Counted from the first letter of the whole stretch, positions 10,330 through 23,695 are shown. The stretch: DNA of 58,407 nt, filler included, from Sphacelaria rigidula (GCA_964200075.2; 4 parts of 4 records of this genome joined end to end with filler, not necessarily neighbours in it); one strand, 5' to 3'. Program-made: numbers and translations. Notes: generated from the sequence alone by a model not told the origin.

Positions 10330-13300
10330 ACAAATGAGAAGAAAGGACTTGTCAAGCACGAGGCCAGTACTACTGGAGGGGTCCCTCGTGGATAGTCCTC
10401 TTATCCAGATCGTCTGGCAGAGGCTATAATTCTTCCGGCACTCTGTTAGAGGAGTTTTGGCTGAGAAGAGATTGGGCTGCAGCTAAGAGCCAGTTTAGTC
10501 CGGAGACAGGAGGAGACCAGCTTGGAGCGCACAGGGTTGGGAGAACGCTCCGTGAACTGGAGGACGCACAAGTTAGGCAAGAGTCTCTCCGGGAAATGTT
10601 TGAAGCATAGACGACATGGCTCAAGCGGCGGCAGCGCCGCTGGTGTTAGGTGAGCTACTACAGCCGTCAAAGTAAGGTGAAGTATGGACCGAGGAATCAT
10701 CACGCATTTTTTTCGCAAGATATCTTGACTACATACAGCGGTGGAGTCTAGCGAATGCAGAAGGAAGTATACGGCATGAAAGAGTAAGCATGGGGCAACT
10801 CATTCCTGTCTACATTCACCGCTGCTTCGAAGACATGTACAAGGACGGTCGGGCTATGATCCCTGATGAAGTGCTTGCTGTGAAGCAGCATGCCGGGTAT
10901 ACTACAACCGGTGGAAAGCATGACGCTACGCGGGCTGCAGCAGACCTGCGTAGGGTACTTACAATGAAGCAAAGCGATGGAAAGTCCGTGAAGGATCGTG
11001 CTATGATGGTTAGCTCAGATATGGAACGTTTTTTTGCACAGAACCTAATGGTCCAAGCCATGTACCGTGCGGAGGACAGGAGTTGGTTGCCCGGCCCGGC
11101 CGAGTCGGTTTCCATAGCTTTGGTGGACGGGATTTCGCCCCCGGAACTCAAGGCGTATGTTAGAAGTGTACTAACGTATGTTGACGGCTGGAAAAAGAAC
11201 CCCACGGTGGTGTTTAAAACACATTTGAGGCGGCCGACCAGTGAAAGGTTATTGAAGCACATGGCCGGCGCGACTCTGCAACAAGTGCAGGTGGTATGCG
11301 CCGCAAACAGCAACAGAAACAGAAACAGCAGCCGTCTACGCGAGAGTCGTCCACTCGCGCGTGTTACAACTGCGGCGACACCGGACACAGGGCCCAAAGC
11401 AATGCACGAGATTTATCAGGATCTCGGGGCGGTCGTCACGGTGGACGGAGCCGCGCCAATCAGGGACGCGGGAGTGTCGGCCGCGGTAGAAAGCAATCGG
11501 CGGCGGATGGTAGTACCTCCGCTGCTGTTTCTTCCACTGCGTCATCAGGTGGTGACTCTGGATCTTATGGTTCGTCCGTAGCGGGGCGGACAGTGTACGT
11601 GGGAAATGCTAATACTTCGGTGGGAGTGCCGGAGCGAATAGCTCGCAACCCCTCGGCCAGGCAGGATCCCTAGTGCTGCGACGGCTGGAACAGCGAGGTC
11701 TGCATATTCGGCGACTTGGTCTGGTTGGACCGACAATTCGCAGCTATCGATGCCAAGTGCTGGAGGGCAGCCCTGGCGTCAGGTGACTCTTGGGACAGAA
11801 CAGGGTTCTTCGGCAGGCGTGGTACCTGTCGATCGCAAGGCTAAATGCTTACGCGCAGATTTAGCCTTGCCTGGTTCTGTAGGTTCGTTCATGGCCCGCG
11901 TTATTCTGGATTCTGGGTCCGCGTTCACATCGATCATGTCTTCGCAGTTTGGCGGCGCTCAACTTCAGATTCCGTTTGAAAACGGACCGCAAACGGCACA
12001 GACCGCCACGGGTGCTCCCGTGACGGTCACACACAAAACGGTGCCAACTACTGTCAGCGTGCGTACGCCGTGGGGGGCTGTGCAGTTGCAGTCCATTACT
12101 CTTGCTGTCATGCCCGGTAGGGATAACGTGGTTCTATTTGGGATGGCGACAGTGAAGGAGCTTGGGATTGATTTATATCCGCTGGCATTGGAGAAGTTAC
12201 GTCCAAGTGCTGTGCCGGTGCAAACCGGCGTGGAAAACCCCGGTTACCTTGCTGCAAGGTGTGTGATCGTATCCATACGGTCATTCCAGAGCGCCAATGA
12301 GGAGGAGGCTTCTGCTGATGAAGCGGTAAAGCGCTTGGTCGATCGGGGATCTGATATGTTCATGGACCCAGCAGAGGAGAGGGGTTCAAGAAAATGTGCG
12401 CTTGAGGATAGTGTGCGGCAGGCTGAGCAGAAGGGCCTGAGCACCGATGGCTCACATTGTCTGCGCGATATTTTGGCTCGTCGCGTAGATACATTTCGTC
12501 GTGCGCTGCGTGGTGATCCACCAGCGCGCGTGGAGCCAATGAATGAGGCTGTGAAGACCAAGTCTCGCCACTGCGATCCGGTGAAGGCCGTGTGGCTTGC
12601 TTCATGCATCGCAGTTTTGGTGGCATTCGGGTTGTTGGTTAGGAATGTTCAGGCTGTATGGGCGAGTCCGGCGATGGCGGTGCCGAAGAGGGACACATTC
12701 CGTTTGGTCAGCGACTATCAGGCGGTGAACGTCTAGTGGAACAGTCTCCGGGGGTTATGCCAAGCCAAGAAGACATGCGGGAGTTGCTGGGAGCCCAACA
12801 ACAATATCGGTATGTCAGTGAACACATTCCTGGGGAGCGCATCTTTGGGGGAGATTAGTTGTCGTGCTTGGTTAAGGTTCCTACCGTGGCTGTTCGTTCT
12901 GTTGCCGTGTACAGCCCGCGTGATGTCGTTGATTCGCTGCCCTCGTTAGATGTCATTCGTACCGCGCAGCGCAAAACAGTCGGCGACGGCACTCATTCTT
13001 TTCCTACGACTTTCGGTCAAGCTACTACGGCTGACGATGGTTTGTTTTGCGTGCGTGTTGGCAGTAGTGATATTTTGTGGATTCCGTCGGATGATAAGGA
13101 TCTACAAACTCGCTTGATGGTGTGCGCTGACTCTGTTTCGTTTAAAAGAATACTTTGTGTGGCCTCACATGGATTCCCACGTTCGCGAGTTCGTTCGATA
13201 GTGTTTGCATTGTGCAGACACCCGTGCCGGTGAGATTGTACCTCGCCCGTATGGCGATACTGTGCATGGTGCTGCGCCAGGTGAAGTTATTCACTTTGAT

Positions 13301-14527
13301 TTTCTGTACGTTGGAAGTAGCGGACCTGAAGGTGTTAATGGTCTGCCTGAGGAGGATGGTCCTCGGTACGTTTTGGTCATCATGGATGATTTGACCCACT
13401 TTCGTTTGCTTGGAGCCGACCGAGGCTTGCACCGCCCAGGTTACGGCTAAGCACTTGCTCCATTGGTGCAAGACTTTGGGGGTGCCGCGTGTTTGGGTTA
13501 GTGATACCGCCACGCACTTCAAGAATCGAGTGATGGCGCAGCGATGCGCTGAAGGTGCAACACCAATTTGCTGTTGTGTATACCCCTTGGTCGAATGGTC
13601 CTTGTGAACGCATGGTGAAAGAGGTTATTTGTACGTTGAGGTCTATTCTGTCAGAACAGCGACGGCCAGTGTCTGAATGGGTTGATGTTTTTTCAGCCGC
13701 TCAGTGCGCGTTGAATACTTCTTTTCGTGAACGCTACCGTAACACTCCGTACTGTGTGACGTTTGGGCGTGCGCCGCCTACAGCTTTTTCCGCGCTGGCT
13801 TCTGTCACTGGCGGCGAGTGGAAAGTCGATGTCATGGATGCTGATTCGTTGCGTGACAAGGTTCGAGGCGTGGTTGATGAGCAAGTGCCGTTTTGTAACG
13901 AAGTGCAAGCTGCTGTCGCGGTGTCTCGCGAAACCAAACGCAAGCTTGCTCAGGGCCAGGCTGTGTTGCCCAAGTTTGCAGTTGGCGATTTAGTTTTGTA
14001 TGGCCGTGTTCGTAGGCAAGGTGTGACGCCAATGTTGATGTCGACGTGGACAGGCCCGTGGCGAGTGGTCGGAGCCGATCACGCTCACGTGCATTCGGTG
14101 CAGAACGTTGTTTCTGGCGCCGTGCACTCGGCCCATGTCGCTCGTTCACGTTTCCATGCTGACTCGCAGTTGCACATCACTGAGGAACTAACAGATGCAT
14201 GTCAGCATTCGTATGCTCAAGGTGAATGTCGAATGAATGCTCTGCTGCACGTCGCTGAGGATGACAATGGTGATAGTCACTGTTTTGGTCGATTGGGAAG
14301 GGTTCGGTGCTGAAGAACGTGCGTGGGAGTCTCTTTGCAAGATTCATTCTTCTGCGCCTGAATTTGTTTTGAAGGAACTGTCTAAAATGCGGTTAACTCG
14401 GGCGCTGGCCAGTAAATTAGCGTCGGAGTATGGTATTTCTTTGCGATCTGGCGCATGCGATTTCGCCTTGGTTTTTGTTGGTTGTCAAGCTCGTTCGTTT
14501 GTCTTGAAGTCGCTTTGCGGGTGCTGT
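10330..14527 (+). mobile_element. Degenerate Ty3/Gypsy LTR retrotransposon with chromodomain integrase (gag-PR-[RT/RH deleted]-IN-chromo)
   Basis: Gag zinc knuckle CYNCGDTGH (~11361); protease VILDSGS (~11900); RT start WASPAMAVPK..FRLVSDY (~12660-12720); RNase H end YRYVSEHIPG (~12805); integrase VIHFDFL, VLVIMDD, WVSDTATHFKN, NGPCERM (13285-13615); chromodomain VLVDWEGFGAEERAWESL (~14280-14335). Multiple frameshifts and stops. LTRs not identified; 3' end cut by the block edge. Confidence 0.93.
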
Positions 14528-14627
14528 NNNNNNNNNNNNNNNNNNNNNNNNNNNNNNNNNNNNNNNNNNNNTTAATTAATTAANNNNNNNNNNNNNNNNN
14601 NNNNNNNNNNNNNNNNNNNNNNNNNNN
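14528..14627. other. Artificial 100-bp spacer (N44-TTAATTAATTAA-N44)
   Basis: Identical spacers also at 29155-29254 and 43782-43881; they delimit blocks of 14527/14527/14527/14526 bp. TTAATTAATTAA gives stops in all six frames. Confidence 0.97.
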
Positions 14628-14922
14628 TCCCGGAGCGACCTAGAATCTTTTCTCGCCCCATGCCCAACCATGGAGAGCGACTATGTCGTGGGTACACAAA
14701 ATTCGACTTAACGGTCGACGAGGGAAAGGGACTACAGAACCCCTCTCGCGATAAAAAGGAAAGGCAAGCACGGCAGAAGGAAGGCGGGGTATTGAACACA
14801 AATAAAAAAGAAGAGCCCTGTGTCGACCCTTCTCCTGTGTGACCCTGGCTGATGCGCCCACATATACCGAAAGGTGTAGGCTGGTGCCCAGAATAAATGG
14901 GACGACAACACACACACACACA
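14628..14922 (+). mobile_element. tRNA-derived SINE (family B), head cut by block edge, (CA)n tail
   Basis: Body matches 23793-24170 and 48772-49140; ends gggacgacaacacacacac. Confidence 0.85.
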
Positions 14923-14923
14923 C

Positions 14924-17900
14924 CTCCACCCACTGCCCAACGAGCGAGACCTTGCACACAACCAACGTTCCCCTGCAGACAACGCTGCCAGGCGCTTTCT
15001 CGCCAATAAGGTTCAAGTCATGCATCGGCGTCGCCTGCACATAACACCAGGCATAAAAACGAAAATCCGGGAAGGATGTGACAAGTGAGTTTCGCGTATA
15101 CCATATTACAGTCATTTTTCAGTGCTTGATGTATGTCAAATGGTCATCTTTCAGTGAGTCCATGTATCCCATATTATGGTCATTTTCAAAGTGGGTCTTT
15201 GTACGCCAAACGATGGTCGTTTGCTAGTGAGTGCATACTATGGTTGATTGATGATTGATTGATTATCTCACATTAGCTGATCGCAACAATCCAGCCCGTG
15301 GTCAGGAGCAGCAAAAAATAGAACATAATAATGAAAAAAAATACAAAAAAAAAGGATGAGGAAAACGACAGAAGCAACGGCCTCAGAGAGGAAAGAAAGG
15401 GGGCGGCGATAAAAAAAAAAACACCACCACCACCAATAGCAACAACAACAACAACAGGAACAACAACAACAGTAACAACAAAAATAACGACAAACACAAA
15501 CAAGGACAAAAAAGATGATGACCGCGCATTACGTAGCTATGGTTATGGTTAGGTGACTTCATGTCCTCCGTGTGATGGTTACTATCTAGTTAGTTCATGA
15601 CATCATAATATCACCATTTTCCAATAAGTCCATGTACCTCAACGTCAATGATTGTGGCTTGAAACTAACGCACCACTGGCCCTGCAGACAGCAATTCGAA
15701 GTTTCCGCATTCGAAGGGTTTCAAGTAGAAAGAAACTAACAAGGCTAAACCGGCAAAATTGCAGCGACAACAGTTACCACTGTTGGACGTGAAGAGGATT
15801 AAAAAAAAAAATACAAGGCAGTACAGACAATAGCACAAGACTCGAAAGCAATCCGCGAAGGAGACAAAAAAAATAACTGCACAACCTACACTACGGTCGA
15901 ATTCGTGAGTATCAATTTCTCGGCGCTTTGCACACGTGCGACACACCGAACACGTTGTCTCCAAGGGCAGGTCGGGTAGGGCATGAACCTTTCAGTGCCC
16001 GGGTATGACACCAGGGTATTTATTTACTCTACACGAGCTGTCGACTGTAGATAGGGTACCATCTCAATGCTCTCCCCAAAAAGTGGGTAGAGTTGGGTGT
16101 GATCTCAATATGCTTACACAGAAAAGAGTAATTTACATAAGAAATAGTTGAGTATAGAATATCACTTGGGTATGACTCCAATGCTCAAACTCTCGGGAAA
16201 ATTGGGTACAATGCTCTACGCAAATATTGGGTAATTTGGGTACGACCTCAATCAAGACTCGACCCAACTTCTTTGGTACAAATTTTCTAAAATTCCCAGA
16301 TATAAGGTATACCATTCCCAACCGTACCGTTGTTTTGATCGCTGTAAAATTCCACGACACTGAACAACTTCGTGATTTTGTTTTGTGTCATGACAGTGAT
16401 TTTTCCTGACACTTCGTAACTTCGTGACGCTGTTATTTCGGAACAATGTAAAATTCCGTGACAGTATAACTTCGTGATGCTGTATATCCCGTGACACTAA
16501 AACTTCATGAAGCTGTATTATCCCGTGACACTGCATTACTCTGTGACGCTTCGTTATTCGGTGATAACTGTTTAACTCCATGACGCTGTTATTTCGTTAC
16601 ACTGTATAATTCCCTGACATTTCATAACTTCGTTATACTGTCATTTCGTGACACCGTACGATTCCATGACACTGCAGAAGTTGGTGATGCTGTGTCATTT
16701 CGTGACACCTTGGAACTTCGTCCTGCTGTCACTTCGTGACAGTGTGGTTCCGTGACGCTGTGTAATACAAATGTATATAACATAAACCAGGGCAAGTAGA
16801 GAGCTCCTCTGGCGGGGGAAATGGACACAACAGCACAGTCTTCTAGAACAAAATACGCACACCGATGTATCTGGATTTTGCTGACATACGCTGCTCTGTT
16901 TTGTCGTACATGTGAAAAAAAATGATAAAAATAAAAACGAAAACGAACGACACCAAATCTCATAGGACAACTGGGAAAAAGTGGACCTTCAAACGTGTAT
17001 CGGGTACGGTACTTCCTACATTTGGCCGTTTTGAAAAAATCGTGCTCAAAAGTACCCAAGCTTCGGCCGAGTATTGAGGCCACAAACAGTACTCAGATGT
17101 GGAGGAGGGTATTGCGATCGGGCCTTATTTAACCCAATACTCGGGTAGGGTTTCGTGATCGGACCATGTCAACACAAAATTCGCGAGGGTAAATAGCGGG
17201 ATATTTACCCCACTCACCAAACGGAGGGACCGTCCGCAACCATTTGATCGCCAGGGTGGGCCACCTAGGTCATCCTATTGCAGCATTCGTTTTTAGAGTA
17301 CAATCCATCCCGATTCCGCCGAAGACTCACCCAGGCGGTCGAAGGCTCGAACCTAAATACGCCATCTCCTCCGTATCTCATTAAAAAAGACGGAACGTGA
17401 AACTTTCGAATCCGCGCAAGCTAAGAAGTTGTTGAAGAATCAAATTTCTACTTCGTTCAATATCGACGACAAAAATAAAAAACAGTCAATACACTTCAAG
17501 GACAGCTCTGAAACACGCATTTTGAAGCGCTGATACACGAATAAATGAAGAAAAAAACATGAACCAAAACACAACCCCCACAGCAGAACAAATATATTGA
17601 AAATCACGTTCAACACTTGGAGAGCGTGACAGGGTGACGTTTACGATAGGGGGTGGAAGTGAGGGGGGGGGTTCTCATGATCATGCATGCCATAGTCACC
17701 AGATCATCGACCTCGCATCCCTACCAAGCCGGGACGGAGCACGTCGGGTTTTCGCCGGACCAGGCTTGCACACAAACCACCAAGCGCGAAGCGCCGTGGT
17801 ATGCTAGGCGAGTTGCATGAAGGGTAAGCTGCATCCTGCTAAGAGTGTTCGGTCGGAAGCCTACTGATAATCTTGCATTTGGATGACAGCCTACAATGAG

Positions 17901-20900
17901 TCGCTTTATTATCTGGTATCGCCATTTTCAGAGACAGCCACGGCTATTACACTGCCTCATGGGTGTCTAACCAGGAGGGGGGGGCGGGGGGGGCGTATTT
18001 TGGGGCACTTCTTTCACGATTTTTCACCTCGAATCATCGCTGAAAGTAGCAACGTTTTGTCGTTTGCGCTTGTTTCCAACGAGGCACGTTCTTTCATACC
18101 ACTAGGCAGCATTTTTACCCTACGCTAGGACAGACTCACCACGAGAATTAGGTCGCCGAGACATCTATAAGCCCCTGTTTCTCGTGGAATCAAGCTCCCT
18201 CTCCCTCATCGTCGCATCACCCTACACAAGAAGCACAGACAGTACCAGAAGCACGAATATGGAGTCCCTGTACAAACCTGAGCCCCGGCAATAGGTCCCC
18301 ACTCTTTGGGGTCCAATGGAACGTTTCCAGAGGGAGTCTTCGGCGAGTTCAAGAGATGCAGCACTAGAGTAGCGGCTGTCTTGCCCAAGCCCATCTCGTC
18401 GCACAGAATGCCACCCTGGAAGTACAATAAGGTAAGGGCATGATTTTGCGAGTGGAGATCCATGGGTGTGTTGGCATTCCGAGGTTAATTAATAGCGCAT
18501 CACGGCGCTTTGCGCATGGTTGAGGAAAACCTGCTTCGGCGAAGATCCAGGGTACTCCGTCCCGGCTTTGTAGGGATGCGAGGTCAGTGGTGTTATGACC
18601 ACGACATGCAGGATCAGTACACCCTCCCATCCCGGCGGGGTCGGAGAAGCAAAATAAAGCGCCCCACCGACCCCTTCAAAACAGCATCCAGTCATCCATG
18701 AAGAGGGCAAACACAGAAACGGACCTCGACCACACGCTGGCCCGCGACAACCTCACCCTGAATTCTTCCTACCAGAGCCTGCAGCCAACCATGGGCAAGA
18801 CGCAGCAACCCAAGATTCGCGTAAGCCAAGGAACACCTGCAGCCGTGGTGAGTTACGCTTATCACCACGCTGGTAAGAATGTCGGTATATTACCGTCGAA
18901 TAAAAATACTGTTTCATGTGTTGATCTTGCGCCTGTCGTGTCCTCCACATCTATTACTCCGCAGTCATTTTTTGCTGAGATACTGTGCAAACCGAAAACG
19001 GTTCCACTTACACGGGTGGATGTCAAGTGCTTGCCTCGCCTGTCGGGTAGTGCCGAGATTGGTAACTCCACCGATATCGATGTCCAGTCGAGGATTAACC
19101 AATACCGAACTGTCGCGAGTGTACTTGCCCAGTCTTTCCGCCAGAACGACCCATCACGGGGTGATAAAACTCTATTTCGACTTCTTCAGCCTGATCTTGG
19201 ATTGATCATTCAGCCACCGATGTATCAAAAACTCATGTCAGGTTGCATCAACTGGCAATCACATGTCATAATAGAGAGTTTCGGAAAACGTTTTTTTTCA
19301 TTTCAGAGTGCAAATAAATATCTCAGGAGCAGAGTGCAGAATAATAAAAAACAACTCATTGAAAAGAACTCAAGGGGATACCATATTGGACGGAGGGGAA
19401 AATAATTTTTCGTTACACTCTGATCCTGAGATATTTGCACTCTGAAATGACAAAAAATGGATTTCCGAAACTCTTTATTAACCAAAAACCCTCCGACAAG
19501 GTTGGTTCATTCACCTCAACCTCCAAGTGGAAGGAACTGTCCAACGCTGCACTAGATATTTTAATGCCTAGTAATCGTGCATGAGAATATGCTCTTCGTT
19601 TCCAGCGTTCAAAGCGGACAAAAACGAATCCGTCCAGATTCACGCTGTTCCTTTCGGTTTTGTCCTCGCACAGTTTAAAAATCTTGTCGAGAGAGCGACC
19701 TCTTGCCGTACGCCTTGGACCACATTTTCTGCCGTATTGTGGCAACATAGCGGTGCACCAGCCTGACAGTGTCTGCAACCAACTGAAAAGCTCATTACTA
19801 CGTTGCGCGAAGCTTATGACCGTGCTAGACGCCACGAGGCTGACAGTATCGTAGGTGCCATCGCTGCTAGTTGCATGCCACACATACCCTCAATCCGCAC
19901 ACCTGTCGCCCAACAATTCGCAGCACGAGGCTATCTTCCCCATTCAACACGCACTCGCCGCCCTCAAGGGGAAGCGCCCGCTTGAGGGCGGTGGATGTGT
20001 TTGGTGTCGGGAAGACGGCCTTGTGCTACGAACTGTCGTAGGGCGACAGCTGTGTGGTTGTGGATCTACAAGAATGACATGACACTAGCGGTAACGCCAC
20101 GCCACCTACGAGGCTAGCAGCCTCGTGGCGCCTGGCACGGTCGACAGCTTTGCGGAACGAAGTAGCCGGATATTCAAGGCCATTTTGCCACCGTATGAAA
20201 GAAAGTGCAGTCCAAGGTGAACGCCCGGGGGTCATCGTCTCCACAATCTTTTCAAAACGTGTGGGGACAAAACTGAAACGAATATCAAAACTTTGGGCGG
20301 ATTCGTTCTTGTCCATTGTGAACACCGCGAGATTGACAACACAATTTTCTACACTGTTACTAGGCATTAACAGACTTCGTACAGCGTCGGACGATTCCTT
20401 TCAGTTGCAGGAAGGGATAAATGAACCATCTTTATCGGAGGTTTCGGTACCAGTGACAGATGATTGCCAGTTCATGCAACCAGACACGACATGTTGATAC
20501 ATGGGGGCTGCTGAGACAGCTCGATCGACGCCGTCAGGCCTCACCTTCCATCTTTCTGATGTATCTCCTCAGGGCGTGTCTTTGGCCATCCATGTTGAAG
20601 TGAAGATCTATCAGATCGTTTTTTTTCTTCTTTTCCATCGCACGTTTGTTAACGCACGCCCTTGCGGGTTGTAATCGAAAGTGATTATTCACTGTTCGAA
20701 AAATAACTTTTGAACACTGAATGCCCCAACAACGATCAGTTTGAGTCTCCTCTGGAAGCAGTTTTGTTCAGATCGGTATTGTCCACCAACTATCAACGAA
20801 GAGTTGATTCGTTTTATGTACGGAAATGAAGCGATCAATTCCTTGGTGTAACGCCATATTTTTGCCTGCGGCGTGCAGGGGAAAACGATGGATCAAATCA

Positions 20901-23695
20901 AGTCGATGGTACACGCCCACATCAGATCCACACAATATTGTTCGCACAACGCAGTAGCGCAGCACACAACACACTGCACGCCACGAAGCACAGTTGTAAA
21001 GCAGTACACCCAGGGCTATACGGAACTCTACATCGTTAGTGGCGTGGTCAGTCGTGGTGTAGGTGCTGCACCCGCCGACGGTAACGCCGCATCGAAGTGT
21101 TCCCCCTCACTTGACAACAGTGAGGGTGGAGGTATGACCGATTCTGCCTTGTCAGTCGCACCGTTCATTTTTCACGTCAAAGGCAGGGGGTTTTCACATA
21201 CTTCTCGCAGGGCACCAGACGGGAAGGAAATAAATCATTATGGCATGCGTACCATGGAAAATGTAGGTCTTCGATCTCTGACGACGGTTTACGGGTAGTG
21301 GGCAGGACGATACCGCATCTATTCATCCGTCGCACCCGCAAGACGACATACTGTGTATCGACATGTCCAATGATGATACTTCAGCACCATACAACGAGAC
21401 TGGTGCATGGCGTGTTGAGTACACTTTATACTACTACATTACACGTGGTGTCTACAACGGATACGGCTGCAGAAATGCTGCTGGCGTGCGAGTGTGCGGT
21501 GACTTATTTTACCATGAAATATAGTCAAATTGAGGCTTATTTGCTCCTTTGACACTGCCAAAACAATCAACCAATTATGATCACTTGACATAATGAAGCA
21601 ATCAACCTGACTTGATCATGATTAAATAATCATGAGTAATCAACAGATTTGTGGACAGGTGGTCAAATAATGAAATCAACCCGTTTATCGATTTGTACAG
21701 TACAATCATAGTCCCGATCGAAGCCCAGATCTGCACACAGGTATACGAATGCGGCGGTTCTGAAAGTGGACATTAGTTCAACATCTCTGTACTGGTGCAG
21801 AACGTCTGGCGTATACCTGCCGGCGCAGGTAGATAAACAGAACCTGCTAGCAGAGAACCAGTCCCATAGGTCATTTGTGGAGACCCGCCGGTCCAACCAT
21901 CACCATTCTTTACCAGCCCGCGCACAACAGAGCCGACATAATACATATAAAGCCGGAATCGGAGCTGCCTGCGGAAAATCTCAGATAGCGCACGACAGTA
22001 TACATATCCAACAATGTAAAAAACGACCCAGGAGTGCACTCAACACCATCCTTCGCCGAGGAGGAAACTGCATCGTTCGGGAGCATTTTGCGGGGGAGTA
22101 TGGGGCGAGGTAGTACGGTGAGCTGTCGTGTTTCGCCTTACATATGTGTCATCATCACCCGTATTTCGTGCCAATACGTTGATCGGGATATATCTGTCTC
22201 CAGTAGTCTCAACTTCAGAGTGGTGTACGGAAGTACACTGGCACCTTTGCCGGACAGTCTAGTACAGTAGTGCATCAGCGCACAAAGCCGGACTGAAGCG
22301 CATGAAACAGACGGCAGTACAACGCAGTACGATGCGGATTAGCATGAAACAAGGAGCACGGTGTATAGATTGGAACCGATTGTCCGCAAGGCTTCAGTCA
22401 CTTGTGCTGTGGGTTGTCTGGGTGTGTTTGCTTGGGCTGTGTTGTGAAGATGTGTTTCGGTCATGTTCTCTTGTCACGCCCGTCGAGCCAGGTTTTAGAC
22501 AGAAAGAGGCACCGCTTTTGTAGGTGAAACGCTTTCATCTCGATTCCAGTGCTTACCGACATATCTTCTCGCAAAAAAGCATATCTCCTCCCCGAGGTAC
22601 TGTGGTGTACTGTACTTGATGTACGATAATACAATGTTATACAGCGCGGGTTGCTGCAAAACCAATAGCACGTAGCGCCGAGTTACTGCGAGACGTTATG
22701 TGCTTGTGCTGTGGGTGCCTGCATGTGTTTGCCGGGATGTGTTGTGCAGATGTGGTTCAGTCATGAGTTTCCGTCATGCCCGTTGAGCGAGATCTCAGAT
22801 TTGACTGGGACGGGTTCGTCTGGAGACAGAGCGGGTAGTGGAGTTGAATTCTATGTGCTTCATTTCTTCAATTGCACAAAACATGGAACAAGCTCCACGT
22901 GACACTTGATCAAAGACCGGGGCAGATAGACATTTGCGCTAGAAACATATTTGACAAAATCGGCTCTGTTTGAAAGACCGTGTGTCTGCAGTATCACATC
23001 GATTATGGTAGTGTACATACGAATGCCGTATGAAATAAAAAAATGTATAAATATATAGATAGAATATATACGAATTCACGTTGTACGATCATCTCACCTT
23101 GACAGCTCTTGTGAATGGATAGTCTTCGGTGAACTGGTTCAGAATCGGAGAGAACCAGCATCGCCGGAATTCATTCACCCTGTTGGACCCCTGGAACCAA
23201 ACAGAGAACCGAACCGAACCCACGGAAACGAAATACGGGAATGAGACACAGCACCAGGGTATAATCTCGGACCCCTTTCAAGTACAAATATGCTCGCACG
23301 AATTGTTGAATACACAAATCCAACAAAATCAACGTTGAAAGGCCCGGGAGGTAGGGCAGCCCAATCAAGTTGAACCCTTCGACCGTCATGGTAGATCATC
23401 CGTCGGAACGACACTCCTTCACTTGAAAAAAAAAAGTGCATGACCCAGATGGCCTTCCCTTGCGGCCTAGGGTTTCACGATCGAATGCTCAAAGGGGTTG
23501 CATGTTAGCAACGCACACATTTTATGCGAACGGTTGCCGGCTTCGGTTGTCTTCATTCCAGTTGCTCCTCACCGCGTTCGGGTGAGGAGGAAGCTCAGCC
23601 CAAAGGTGTTGCTTCGTGCCGCCTGGCAAATTCTCCTGGTCCAGCATCCACTGAGCATCCTGCTTCTGGTGCTCATACAGAGTTACCGCCAAGCA
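14924..23695 (-). CDS. SNF2-family ATPase, RAD5/RAD16-like (partial; exons 23573-23695, 23098-23190, 18278-18415, 14924-15034)
   Basis: Four GT-AG exons, all phase 0, splice to LAVTLYEHQKQDAQWMLDQE (Q motif) / CWFSPILNQF..AVK / GGILCDEMGLGKT (motif I, Walker A) / GTLVVCKVSLVGQW (motif Ia). Upstream and downstream exons are unresolved or outside the block. Confidence 0.88.
15243..15310 (-). mobile_element. Retroposon 3' tail ending in (CAAT)n
   Basis: Minus strand ctgaccacgggctggattgttgcgatcagctaatgtgagataatcaatcaat; same tail as the 5S-SINE and 38530-38601. Confidence 0.65.
15965..16328. mobile_element. MITE-like element rich in GGGTA/TACCC motifs
   Basis: Ends ggtcgggtagggcatg ... cattcccaaccgtacc are approximate inverted repeats; related sequence at ~16995-17215. 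Confidence 0.5.
16340..16765 (+). repeat. Degenerate minisatellite, ~16-18-bp unit (CGTGACACTGTATAACTT-like)
   Basis: More than 20 tandem variants of cgtgac[a/g]ctgt...ttc, with no unique spacers. Confidence 0.8.
17661..17830 (-). mobile_element. LINE 3'-end fragment (subfamily A) with C-tract
   Basis: Minus strand gtgctccgtcccggcttggtagggatgcgaggtcgatgatctggtgactatggcatgcatgatcatgagaacccccccc. Confidence 0.75.
18490..18628 (+). mobile_element. LINE 3'-end fragment (subfamily A)
   Basis: ctccgtcccggctttgtagggatgcgaggtcagtgg...cagtacaccctccc. Confidence 0.7.
19270..19480. mobile_element. Hairpin MITE
   Basis: Arms agagtttcggaaa..tcatttcagagtgcaaata..tctcagga / tcctgagatatttgcactctgaaatga..tttccgaaactct; interrupts one arm of an inverted duplication. 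Confidence 0.7.

Noticed and set aside
16340-16765. CRISPR-like periodicity
   Set aside because: No invariant repeats separated by unique spacers, no cas genes, and a eukaryotic context.
18757-18836. Extra SNF2 exon with plausible splice sites
   Set aside because: It has a TAG in the required frame, and exon 23098-23190 already joins motif I cleanly.
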